Source of the DNA: the human T2T-CHM13v2.0 reference genome, Homo sapiens
Strand: one strand, 5' to 3'
NCBI RefSeq assembly: GCF_009914755.1
Contig: NC_060925.1
Length of the DNA: 64,000 bases
Shown in pieces: positions 41,255 to 54,230 of this stretch. A program made the translations under genes and the position numbers. The notes beneath the pieces were generated by a model. That model saw only the letters and a list, made by a program, of their open reading frames with translations. It did no database searches and had not been told where the DNA came from. Position 1 is the stretch's first letter, and each line of letters starts with the position of its first letter.

Positions 41255-42257
41255 ACTTGCCACACAGAGCAGTAGGCTCAACTAGGCTGAAGACAGGCTA
41301 CAGATAGGCTCCAGGGTTGACCCAGGGCCAAGATACAGCAGCTGCCTTGTCCTGGCTCGCTGCAGACTTGGCATCTCCAGTGCCTGTATCCCTGAATTTG
41401 TGGTTGAACTTAAGTTTGGGGAGTCCCAGTGGCCCTAATGAGACTGGAAATACCACCCTAAACAACCTCCTTTAGCAGCTAAACTGACAATAATAATCTG
41501 TTGTTTACTGCACAGGATTGAGATGAGTGTAGCAATCTCCTAGACGAAGGGCCAAGCTGCTCACCCACCTGGGTGGGGTGGTCAGTCTAGGGCGGCCCAA
41601 GGGGATTCTTGGGTCACGATGACCCTGGGGCTGATAACCAACTCACAAATACATAAATCAACAACATGAGGCTAGCTTCTGCTGGGGCTTTGTTGTCTGG
41701 TGGGCCTGAGTTTTAATCCCGGCTGACCTCTTACTAAGCGATTGTGGGTAAGTCATTCTAATTTTTTTCTCTCTGAGCCTCAAATTCCTCATCTATAAAG
41801 TGAGCATGAAATCCTATTCTAGTCATTCTGAGGGACAACTGAAGTGATATATGTGATAATATGAAATATGATAGATGTGATATATAGAACTGTAAAACTT
41901 TTAAAAAGTAAAATGCCTGTTAAATTGTTAAATATGTGTAATATGTGAAAAACTCCTGGCAAATATACCTACTAATATCCATTTCCATATAGTTCTTTTA
42001 TATAAAAGGTAGAGCAGTATATGTAAACCTTCTAATAAAACACTTAGCTATAACTATGAATTCTCATGTGCTCTTCCTGCTGTCAGCCTCTCCTCCTGCT
42101 GTTAAATCTTTGCAAGGCCTCCTCTAGTTGTTATGTTCTGAAAAGATTCAAGTTTGTATCCTAGACTTCAAAGTTATGTCTCTCCTATGTGGTGTGTAGT
42201 GTATCACCCTGTACTTGGAGGTATGTGATACAAGAAACTAAGGAACTAAAATAATTC

Positions 42258-42553
42258 TTTTTTTTTTTTTTTTGAGATGGAGTCTCACTCTGTCGCCCAG
42301 TCTGGAGTGCAGTGGTACGATCTTGCTCACTGCAACCTCTGCCTCCCGAGTTCAAGCAATTCTCCTGCCTCAGCCTCCGGAGTAGCTGGGATTACAGGTG
42401 CCCGCCACCATGCCTGGCTAATTTTGTATTCTTAGTAGAGATGGGGTTTTACCATGTTGACCAGACTGGTCTAAAACTCCTGACCTCAAGTGATCCACCT
42501 TCCTCAGCCTCCCAAAGTGCTGGGATTACAGACATGAGCCACTGTGCCTGGCC
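42258..42553 (-). mobile_element. AluS (host of the alternative DISC1 exon)
   Basis: Full antisense Alu; TSD-like aataattcttt on both sides. Confidence 0.95.
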
Positions 42554-42563
42554 CCTACAATAA
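42277..42563 (+). CDS. DISC1: Alternative DISC1 terminal exon formed by exonisation of an antisense Alu ([20 protein letters not shown]…[10 protein letters not shown])
   Basis: PolyT tract and tttgag|ATG acceptor (AG 42275-42276). Joined to the phase-1 exon 9 donor it reads GAT GGA GTC… in frame with ORF 42312-42563. It adds 95 aa for 755 aa total, matching a DISC1 isoform length I recall. Confidence 0.75.
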
Positions 42564-44299
42564 TTCTTTAATGTGAGGAAATATCAAATGAAAAATAAGA
42601 AATTCTAGGTAAGGAAAGAAATTTATTTAGTGGAAGTATAAAAGAAGTTTAAAAAGTTGAAGAAAATTTTGGTTTTCAATGTTGATGCAGCGTCCTTTGT
42701 GAATCTTTAAATTTGTGAATGACACTTTTGAAAACTTACACCTTATTCTAAGTGTCTTTGTTCACTTTACACTGTACTGTAAAGAATCACAAGAGTGTCT
42801 CATAAATAACTTTCTATATAACATATGTATATTTCAAAATAACATGTTATATATATAATACATACAATTTTTGTCAATTAAACAGTACATTAAAAAGACA
42901 AAAATAACTTTCCATAAATGAGCTCAAGTTATTTCATCCACAGTGATAGAATGTTCCCCATTTGATGCAAGCAGTTAAACTTAATTTCCATTAAGACAAA
43001 CACACAAATAACAATCCTCCTTCCCAAACTTGAAATCCCACTTCTCTTTTTGAACTCTCTTCATGAAGTAGTCCCTTTTCTTGCATTTACAACATAAAGC
43101 CTAAACCACAAATATTGGAGGGCAGGGGTTGAGGATGAGCAATTGAGATGTTCCTCATGCCCTTAAACCAAGAGTCCTTATGTTCTCTCCTTCCTAAGGA
43201 TGGCTTATTTTCCTTTCCATGAAATGACTTTAAGGGTGATTATATCCAAAGGGAAGTGACGTTTCCCCTTCTTTCTCTTCAGTTGGTCCATTTTCACAGC
43301 CCACAAAAGCAAGTCTCTATTTTGGGACTTGATTCAAAGTCTGAAAAAACCCTAGGCACATCTTTCTTCCTTGAATATGTTCACGTGCATATTCCAAAAA
43401 AGGTTCTCATTGCTAGTTAGGCCATTAATTTTATGTGATATCCAAATCAAACAGCTGCTGTACTGTTTAAGCTCAGATCCTAAAATGGCACTTTGAACAT
43501 GAAAGTCGTGGCTGCCACTCTCTGGGTGACTATCTGGCGATGACACTTCTACCTTTGTTTTTGGCTTGACGTGCATATGCCGAAGGCTTCAGCAAACATA
43601 AACTCATACAAATGTTTGTCAAGCTGTGTGAGCCTAAACAGCTCATTAGTTGCAAGAATGATCAGATGGGAGATGGGTTGCCCAATTTGGATGGTGACCT
43701 TTATGAGCTCTCGGTTGGATTGCAGATTTATGTGTCACAGTATATTGGAACATAATGAATCCTGTGGCATGTGGATGGTAAAATGCAGGGCAGAAACTGT
43801 GCAATGAAGAGGCAGGAAGAAGGTGGCAAGTCCAGGAGCATAAGAGCAGTTAATCATCTCCTTTCCCCCTTCCCCTATTCTGCTTCCCCTCTGTTCTCGG
43901 GGTGCCCATTAAAATGCAGTTGGTAATGAAATGCTGTTTGAAATCAAAGTTGCTGAAACGATATTGTGGATATTGTGGAAATCTGTCATATTTATTTTAA
44001 GGATGAGCTTACTTCCAGGTGCTTTCAGTGACTGCAGCCCCGTTAGTTCCCATGCATTGATTCTCTCTCATGTCCCTGCTCCAGGGTAATTCTCTTGTGC
44101 TCAGGCACATGACCTTCTAGTTGAAAACCTGCCCCTGCCATTTCTTTATGTGGCTGCGGCCCAGGGAGCTTGCCTGCCCTGCGTGAGCAGGTTGCAATGA
44201 TAATGGTTCCCAGTGCTGCTCAGTGGGGAACTGAAGTCATGGTATTTTCCTTCATATCCTCTTGAAGCTTCATTTTGTGACCTTGTTTCATCCTGCTGA

Positions 44300-44770
44300 A
44301 CCTATCATTGGAATTACCCCAAAGGTGGTGGCAGGGGAGTCCCCAGAAAGGAGTGCCCCAAACTTTCCCAAGATGGGGCCTACTGAGATTCCAAAGAAAG
44401 AAGCAGTAAAAGCCGGAGTGATCAGGCCAAAGCATTCATTAGGGGAACTTAGGCAGAGTGGGCTGCAGCAATCCTGCGGCGGCAGCATGAAAAAAGGGGT
44501 CTTCCACCTAGAAACATCCACAGCGAGGTGCTCAGGGGATGGAGTTTACATGAGGGTTTAAGGAATTTGGCTCAGGGCCAGGGCCAGTTTCTTTCAGTGT
44601 TTTGGGCAAAAGCTTAGATACCTTTATCAATGTGTGGGAATGTTCAAGGCCCTGGTTTGGGTTCAAGCCTGCTGGGAAAAACCTGCAGCTGTCTGGGTCA
44701 CAGAGCGGTCAAGGCACTCTGTGAGTTTTGGTCACAACAGAAAGGCAAGGGCTCTAGGGGACCCTCCAGA
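44300..44770 (-). mobile_element. MER54-like ERVL LTR
   Basis: Reverse complement resembles …cacagagtgccttgacc…ctgcaggtttttcccagcaggcttgaacccaaaccagggccttgaacattccc… as I recall it for MER54. Confidence 0.6.
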
Positions 44771-46799
44771 ACTACAGGCTCCAATGTCAGCCCCACTTTC
44801 CCAAGTACAAATTTATTTCAGAAATTAAAGTACTACTCTTACTTTTTCACACATTTCGAAGTCATGTGTTGACATGGATAGCCTGTCTAGCACAGGAAAA
44901 CTCTGATCTATTTAACTGATTTAAAATGTTTATAATTGATTATCTGGATAAGTGTCATTGATGGCACTCCAGGTGTGTGAAGACGCCACTGGCCTGGGAA
45001 TCACGACATGTGGGGTTTGTCCCAGATCCCTGCCATGCCATTTAAACACCATGGGCCTCAGTTTCCTCACAGCAAAAATTAGGGTTATACTAGATATTCT
45101 CCATGGACCTTGTCAAGTATTTTTTGTGATGCTGGGATTTTATAACTAACACAGGCAAACAATAACCTAGAATGATTAGAATCTTGAAAAAATTGTTTGT
45201 TTGTTTGTTACAGAGAATCTTGAAGTTAGCTGAAGTCTGTTTGACTTTCTTCCGGAATCAGCACAGTCCAAATGCAGCCATGACTTCTCACTGTCAGAAC
45301 TAGACGGGCCACACTGAGAAAGAATGTGGACCGGCTACCCGGAATCTGGCCGCTTAGTGCATTCAAGAATGCTGCTTGGTTTCTATGGCTGTGATTTCCA
45401 AGCATTTTCTAAAAGGTTTATAGAGGAGAAACCTAAGTGCCTGCCACCACCCCACCTTGAAGTCAAATTTCCCTGAAGGCACTGGAGCATAGGGAGAAAA
45501 ACATCAGCTAACTCTTGCCGCTATAGGCCCGGGTTAAATTGCAGCTGGGAAATTCATTCCAGTGGCTTGCCGGGCTAAACACAATTGTGGATGGAGCCTG
45601 GAGAAGCATCCAAGCAAACAACCACTTGTGTCAGTTCAGTTGTTTCACCAAAAAAGCAAAATAAAACAGATTTTACTAACTCAATTAATAATTCAGTTGC
45701 CCCATAAAATATAGCCTCACTGAATTTCTTGTCTTGTCTTCCAAGACATTAAGTCAGGGCTTATTTATAGCCATGGCTCTCTTCCCTGGCTAAGCATCCG
45801 GGCCACCTGCCCCAGCAGGTGAGCCCTTGGTCCAAGGTGGTCCTGGACTCAGCATGTTTTTCAGAGTTCTCCAGGTAATTCCAATGGTTAGTCAATTTAT
45901 CATTCATTTGGGGCTGATTATCAGTCTTCCATGTGGATAAAACCAGTTAATTTCCTGTGGATCTTTTTTGAAAGCCTTATTAAGAGGAGGGAGCCCTGTT
46001 TTGAACTTGTGTCATGAGCTCTGCCTGTCTCTGGAGGTGGCAAGGGTGCTCGTCTTCATTCTGGTCTGTGTCGCATGCTGTCTTCCTCTGTCTCCCTACT
46101 CTTTCTCAACCTTCTTATTTACTATTCCACACACTCGCTGGGTTAGACAACCTTTTCTGTTGTTCTGCTGAAGGTTACAATTTGGAGTCGATTCCTGTAG
46201 TCTTCCTTTTTCTATTCACTTTCAAAAAAGATGTTGCAAAGTCCAAGTTTCTTCCTCATGTTCCGTTTCTCTGGGGAGTGCTGTAGAAGTTTCCATACCT
46301 TCCTGCTTCTGGCCTTCTTAGTATTTTAATAACTCCTGCCTTGTTCCCAGGTTTCTCCAAGTATCTGGGGAAAGTAGAAACCTCAGAGATGGGGTCTGGA
46401 AATGTAAAACGTTGATGAATTTCAGGGTCACCCTTGTGAAAGCTATTGATTGGTCAGAGGTATTCTGGAAAAGTCTGCAAAATCCAGAAGCTAATTTCTA
46501 TTTTAAAATACACCCTATAACTCTTGAGTGCCCACTCATCCTCAGCTGGCTCTGGGGAATGGTGTCTGAGCTCACGGTCTCATCTGTGGGAGCTGCATCT
46601 CATCAACCTATTTTGGAAACCAGCATACTTCTGGTTCTGAGAATTCAGCTTAAAAACAATACCTAGTTTCCTGTATAATCCCCCCACCAAAAAAAAGTTT
46701 GCAATGTGCCCCATGTCTATCTGACACATTTTCACTTGTTTCTTCATTGATGATCTAGGTCTGTCCACCCTGCTCTATTTCTTTTCTATTTATCTCCAT

Positions 46800-47164
46800 T
46801 ATCTTAGTCTATTTGGGCTGCTGTAACAAAGTACCATAGACTGAGTGGCTCATAAATAACAGAAATGTATCTCTCACAGTTCTGGAGGCTGGGAAGTCCA
46901 GAATCGAGGCAGTGGTAGATTCGGTGTCTGGTGAGGGCCTGTTTCCAGGTTCATAGATGGTGCCTTTTCAATATGTCCTCCCATTCTGGAAGGGGCGAGG
47001 GAGCTCTCTGGGGCCTCTTTTGTAAGGGGACTAATTCCATTCACGGAGATTCTAACCTCATGACCTAATCACCTCCCAAAACCCCTACATCTTAATACCA
47101 TCACTTTGGGGGTTAGGATTTTAACAAATGAATTTTGGGAGGGCACAAACATCAGTCTGTAACA
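46800..47164 (-). mobile_element. MLT1A-type MaLR solo LTR
   Basis: tcttagtctatttgggctgctgtaacaaagtaccatagactg…cacagttctggaggctgggaagtcca…. Confidence 0.88.
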
Positions 47165-47819
47165 TCCATTTGATGCCTACTTCAAAATTTTTTGTTGCTA
47201 TTACATCAAAATCTCTTCTGGCTTTTTCTGAAAGTGGATTTCTATGTAACCACTTTTTCTTTTCTTTTGCATTATGACTGAGTTTTTCTTCTTAAGAAAA
47301 CAAGAAGCACGGGTAGATGATGGAGAGCATGAGTGCCAGAGAGTAAGGAAGCCTGGGCTCTTCTGCCAGATTTTGTGTTAGTCGAAAACTGAGGACTTGG
47401 AGGGTTGATGAGCTGAGCTTTTCGTTGGGGCTCCTCTTTCCCATCCATGTATTGTTCCAGCAGTACAAAGTTTGTCAATCAGAGAGAATGTGGGTTCCCA
47501 TGGCAAGGTGGCTTCCAGTTTTCATACTCTGTAAAAGGCTTAGTGATGGAAGGAGATTAAATGTAATGCTTTAATGTGGATTTAGGTAGAGATCTTGTAC
47601 CACAGAAAATTGGAAATCAAGGGTGAAAAACTGAGAAATGGAGTGATGTCTTTTTCTTCCATACAATTTCATATTTGCAAAGTAAATTAACTCTAAATAG
47701 TTTAGGGTTTTATTCCAGAAATCTATAAAACTTTAAAGAATCTTGGCATCTGATTGATTTTTCTAGTTTATGAAAAACTGACAATATTCTAAGCCAAAGA
47801 CACATTCAACATAATAATG

Positions 47820-48046
47820 CAGGTTGAGTATCCCTTATCTAAAATGCTTGGGACAAGAACTGTTTTAGATCTAGGATTTTTTTTTGAATATTTGCTTATT
47901 TACCTGTTGAGCATCTCTAATCCCAAAATCCAAAATCCAAAATCCAAAATGCTCCTGTCAGCATTTCCTTTGAGCATCATGTTGGTGCTCAGAAAATAGT
48001 GAATTTTGAAGTATTTCAAATTTCAGATTTTTGGATTAGAAACCTA
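47820..48046. mobile_element. Tigger4-type MITE, opposite orientation to the 28550 copy
   Basis: Starts caggttgagtatcccttatc. Confidence 0.85.
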
Positions 48047-48824
48047 CATATCAAAAAATATTTTGTGTAATGTCTTACGATGTGTGTGTTTGGAGCCTTC
48101 TCAGGGTTAAGCAGATATGAAAAGCCCACGTTTTCAGGAAAGAATTTAAGAAAATAAAGGGCCAACATTTTTTCCCTCCTGGCTCCATGTCATAATATTT
48201 TTGCCGGCTGCAGAGTCTATTCTTTTCTATCTTCAGACTTATCACTATCAAGCATTTTCCATTCCCCACAATTCTCATTTTTTGTTATCTTTTTGCACTT
48301 GCAAAAACTGAAATTTGGCTTGAATGAGACACATTTCCCTACCCTTTATCTCTCACTGATTCATTCCTTGAATTGGGACAAATCTTTCTAATCTAAGCCA
48401 GTTTCATCCTCTTGCAATACAGTAACCTGTGTCAGCAGAGTCCTGTGTGGGATGAGTTTGGCAGAATTGCAGACTGCATTTTTGGACCTAGCAGTTGAAG
48501 ATGATTCTGTCCCTCATCAATTTTTTTCCGCAAGGGCACTTTTGCCTTCAAATGGTATTGTGTTTTTCTATTTCCTTTATCTAAAGAAAGTCTTCAACTT
48601 AGTTTTGTTCTGTTCCTGTGAATGTCGGCACAGGAAAGTCCTTGAAGAACATGAGAAACAGGAGCTTCATCTGGGCTCTGTGATGGTGCCGTTGTATGAA
48701 TTGAAATCCATCAGGGTGGGACTGGTTATCTGTCTAACAAAGATGCAATGAGACATGATTGAGAGTGTGCTTCGGGTGGAGTGTTTCTTACATTTTGAGG
48801 TTAAAAGCCTTTTCTGTCATTGTT

Positions 48825-48970
48825 TTTATTATTTATTTATTTATTTTTATTAGAGATGGGGTCTTGCTACATTGACCAGGCTAGTCTTGAACTCCTAGCC
48901 TCAAGCAATCCTCCCCCACCTTGGCCTCCCAACGTGCTGAGATTACAGGAGTGAGCCACCGCACCCAGAC
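48825..48970 (-). mobile_element. FLAM/Alu left monomer
   Basis: A single arm with a (TTTA)n tail. Confidence 0.85.
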
Positions 48971-49442
48971 TCTGTCATTGATTTTGACAAGTTTTTTTTT
49001 TTTTTTTTTTTTTTTGGTTGTTGTGGTTTTGGAAGTTTTTTCTCAGAAAGGACATACTTGACTGAATTTTTCTCAGAGCCTAATTATTATTTAGTTATTT
49101 GTATTTATTTCTTTTTGATTTCACTACAGTAGCCACTATATCTTGAGTAAATTTAGCTTTTAACTTGCTTTATGTTTTGGTAGATCTTAGTGATTATGCA
49201 ATTTGATGATGCCATTCAATATCAAGGTCAGACCACAGCATGTACAAGAGGTTGCTGTCACGTGATAGTTTTCCATTTTCATCTCTTAGTATGCTCTCTT
49301 ATTTCTTGCTTTGCTCATTCAATGAATGTTTTAAGAGTCTGATTGAGATATTACCTCATAGTAGATTACTTTCCCATTAATGTTTGCTCACTCATCTGTA
49401 GGCCTAGGAAGCTTTATATCTATTTACAACAGCGACTAGGAC

Positions 49443-49642
49443 CAATAGTGTGCTGTTAAATGCTTAGGAACCAGTTCTCCAGGAAAAAAAAGTCCTGATT
49501 GGCAACGTCTGGCCATTTCCATAGTGTAAATCTCCCACTGTGGCTGATTTCCAGCTATTTCTGGTTTAACAAGTGGCTCACAAAATTCTTGAAAGTTTAT
49601 CAACTGGCTTTCACCAGGAGGATGGCTCCAGCACCCACCACA
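49443..49642. mobile_element. MER63-like hAT MITE
   Basis: Termini resemble cagtggtgtgctgg; internal …aagaattttgtgagcc… on the minus strand. Confidence 0.55.
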
Positions 49643-50744
49643 CCTGACAACAGTTATATTACTTTACGGATGATAAAAAGCTTTATCATCGTTTTATTTC
49701 ATTTCTGATTTACAAAACAACCCTGTAGAGTAGGTGGTGTTATACATGAGGCATCTGAGACTCAGAGGCCTAAGTGGCTGGAAGTAGCTCCAGCAGCTAT
49801 TATTAGGCAGAGCAGAGACGGAATGCTGCCTCTGAGCTGAGCATTCTTGGTGTTCTCATCACTCATGGCAACTGTTTCCCATTGTGAGGATTCCCTTAGT
49901 GGTGTCATATTTGGACTCCAAAGAAGTATACTCAAGAAATGACTACTTCGATGGTTTTAGCAGATAATTTTTAGTTATTTGAGGATAAGAATAATAGTCT
50001 GCTTATGAAAGAACTTGGTAAATTTTTTTCTTCTGGTTTTCAGACACCATTTCTGTCTTAAAATGAAGTATCTGGTGTATGATTGCTTTGTAATATTTTG
50101 TTACTTAAGGGTGGTATCCAGACAACCCTTAGTTAATGTTATAGAATCAGAACTAGAAAGACCTCTTCATTCTTCACTTAGAGAGGATTTAAGTGTCTCT
50201 GGCCATTTATTGGGTTAATAATGGTGACTTCAGGTGACCCAGGAAACATCTGGATATCTTTGCTGCACTTGGAAAGACATTTAGTTTGGTAATATTTTCA
50301 AATCATGTGATCATTTCAAAATGACTTGCACCATGGAGTGATGATGTGATGCTGGCAGCAGCTGCTGTTTGCTGGAGATTTCGTGTGTCAGGCACAGTTG
50401 GGAATACTTTATGAATATTAGTTTATTTCTCACCTTGAAGGTAGACATTGTTCTCAGTTTGTTGAAATCGAGGCTCATGTAAGTAAAAAATGCCCACATT
50501 CATAGCAAATAAGTGACAGAGTTAGTCTCTGACTCTGCAAAGGACTTATATGGCTTTTGTATAATAAAGTCGGTCACCCCATTTTGGTAATAAAAGGGAT
50601 AATAAAAGACCAACATGTCTTCATTAGCTTGCAGATAAGCTCCAAGTTTCAGCACGTGCATAGTTTGTAATGCCTTCACAGGGTCTGCAGGCTCATTGCC
50701 ATGAAAATATAGAACTAACAAGAATTTAGTTTTGATTGACATAG

Positions 50745-51080
<336 letters not shown>

Positions 51081-51918
51081 TAACAAAAGCATAGCTTTAT
51101 GTTGAATTCAGGTAGATTCGAACCATTGCTTTTAATAACACAATATGGGTTCTTTCAGACTCTTGGGGTAGATTGAACTTCTCATAAAACTGTCATGGGA
51201 CAGATTGCAACTTCTTTCCAATATCAGAATCTCTAGGTGAGTTCATCCATTTCTTTGCCCTGGGCTTTTTAAGAAAGTAGGGCAATGAGTCCCTGGTTTC
51301 TCATCTCCGTAAGAATGAAAGGATGCTGGAGCCAAGGTCTAGTCTACTGCCAGTTTCTCCAGGAACAATGTGGAGGAAAAGGACCAGTGTAGATCAGAAG
51401 TCCATGAGCGGAAACTCAGAATCAAAGCGGTTATTCAATTCTTCTTTTCTTGGAGGAAATCACTGTGTCGCCTGAAGAGAAAAATGCCCTTTGCTCTTGC
51501 ACTGGGGAGTTCTGTTTAGTGCCTTTCCACACAAAAGGGCTGTACTGGCTGGTACTATAGACTTTTTTTATGAAGATCTTTTTCATAAATCCTTTTGCAG
51601 AGTATAGCCAGGTAGCAGTATATGAACATTGGAAGTGAAACAGTTTTCGTCACACAAAATTAACAATAAAAACACATGCAACTCATCATTTATAAAACGA
51701 TACTTGCAATTTTTCATTATTCTCATTTCTGAGGGCAAATTTTCAGATGAAAACAGAAAGGAATTTTAGAAGTTTTCATTTTTTTTTCCTACATCAGGCT
51801 TCCCTATATGTCGTCTGTATAACAAGCACCTTGATCTTTCATTCAGTTATAAGAGGCTCATAAGCGTTGCCTCTGTTTTCTATATATTGGTAGTGTCATT
51901 AGAAAACCTGAGGGGGTG

Positions 51919-52375
<457 letters not shown>

Positions 52376-53079
52376 CTATGTTAAATCTCTCATCCTGAAT
52401 ATCAGATTACTCCAGAAGGAGAAAGTAGCAGTCTAATTATTTTATTTGGTTGCATGGTAGTCTTAGTACAATTAAATCTCCTTTGAAAGTTTCTCAGTTA
52501 TGTAGTTATGAATAGCACTCCACACCACGGCTGTGGTAGACCTGGAGCGGTATTGGGCCCAGGTCACAGAATGATCACGGAAGGACTTTAGAGATCACCT
52601 ATTGAGTCCCTGTTTTAGAGAGGAGCAAGCAAAGGCCCAGAGAACTCACTCCATTTGCCGAGGTCCGACAAGTGTGTAGGTGAGCTGGAGCCAGAACCCT
52701 GTCTTTCGGTCTTCACTCTAGAGCTCTTTCCAAACAAACATGCTGACCTGGGAGTCTGACAATTGCTGTATGCTGATGTTTCCTATTTGAAGTCCACATG
52801 TCTTTGCAGGGGAAGAGAACTGTCTAGTATCATTCGTTAATGCCCACTCTTCATGTTTGCCAAAGACCACCAATACATTGGGCAGTGATTGTGTTACACT
52901 GGTTTGTTTATATGTCGGCTTTCAGTGATGCCAGAAAATCAAAAGGAGGTTAAGAAATCCCAGAGGTTCACCCAGGATGGGAGGCTAAACCTTTGTTGTA
53001 TTATGAGTCTTAATTCAAGATAACATAATCTTTAGCCTAATAAACATTAGGTTGAATTTTGAAAATGTAAACACTAACT

Positions 53080-53255
53080 GATCTGTAGACTGACGTCTAT
53101 TTCCTTGGCAATATTGGCCACACCCATTAAATAATAACTTCTCATTCTCCCTTCCCCCAGCCTCTGGCAACCTCTGTTATACTTTCTGTCTCTGAATTTG
53201 ACTACTTTAGGTGCCTCATATAAGTGGAATCACATGACATTTGTCCTTTTGTGAT
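53080..53255 (-). mobile_element. L1MA-type 3' fragment
   Basis: ccccagcctctggcaacc…ctttctgtctctgaatttgactactttagg.gcctcatataagtggaatca. Confidence 0.7.
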
Positions 53256-53984
53256 ACGATATTTTCTTTAAAAAGAAAATGAACAGAAACAGTACATGAG
53301 AGAAGTCAGGTCTGCAGCCAGTGTGCCTCTTAGTTCCATATTCATACAAGGCCCTCTTGGAAGCTCAGCTTTGGAGTTGGATATTATCTCAGAAGATATG
53401 GCAGCTTAGGAATCTGGTACTCTAAAAACAGATTTACAAGCATTAGACTTTTTTGTATATGTGTGTGGTCATTTTAGTCTTCCTGAAAGTGGTTAAGACC
53501 AATATTTCTAGGCAGACTATAGTTCACATCATCCAGTTCTGTAAGTCTTGGATTATCGATCTCATTGTCATGGCAAAAAAGGACAGGGATTACTCAACTC
53601 ATTACTCCTGTGTCCAGACCTCTGAGCCTGGTGTGTGTGTGTGGCTCAGTGCCTTTCCCATAGTGGCCCACATCCCCCCAGGGCCCTGCATGAAGTTCCT
53701 GCAAGTCTACCCCCTGCACGTGCAGAGCAAAAAGAGCTTCCTATGGGAGCTGTTCTCCAGAAAAGACAGAAACCCGGGCCCTAGAGAACCAGAAGATTTA
53801 AATTCCAGTTTCAGCTCTGCCATTGACTAATTAGGCAACTGTAGGCAGTTCACTTTGCTCCTTTGGACCAGAGATTTCTCATCTACAAAATGAAAAACTT
53901 GGATTTAATTATCTCTGAAGTCACTTCAAGCAGAAATGTAACAATTCTTTGATTTATTAAAAAAAATAACATCAATGATAATGA

Positions 53985-54192
53985 CCAACAGCTAACACTT
54001 ATTACAAGGCTCCAGGCACTTTCGAAGTCCTTAATATTTAATGTTCACTACTACCTTAGGATATAAGTACTGTGATGCAGAGTCCTGGACACAGAGAAGT
54101 CAGCAACTTGCCTGAGGACAGCCTGCAGGACACAGCACTGTGATTTGAACCCAGAGAGTCTGACTTCAGCCCCCAGCGCTCAACTACTATTA
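53985..54192. mobile_element. MIR element containing exon 9a
   Basis: cagctaacacttatt…ccaggcact…cacagagaagtcagcaacttgcctgagg…gatttgaacccag…gtctgacttcag. Confidence 0.75.
54060..54115 (+). CDS. DISC1: DISC1 short (S) isoform terminal exon (exon 9a), coding part GYKYCDAESWTQRSQQLA*
   Basis: Acceptor ctaccttag|GA at 54058-54059; in frame with exon 9 (G+GA TAT AAG TAC…GCC TGA). 660+18 = 678 aa, the known S-isoform length and C-terminus. Confidence 0.92.
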
Positions 54193-54224
54193 ATTGAAAG
54201 GGCATTGAAGAGACATGATGTCAC

Positions 54225-54230
54225 AATAAA
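54225..54230 (+). terminator. Polyadenylation signal for exon 9a
   Basis: AATAAA about 110 nt downstream of the exon 9a stop, followed by an A-rich tract. Confidence 0.65.
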
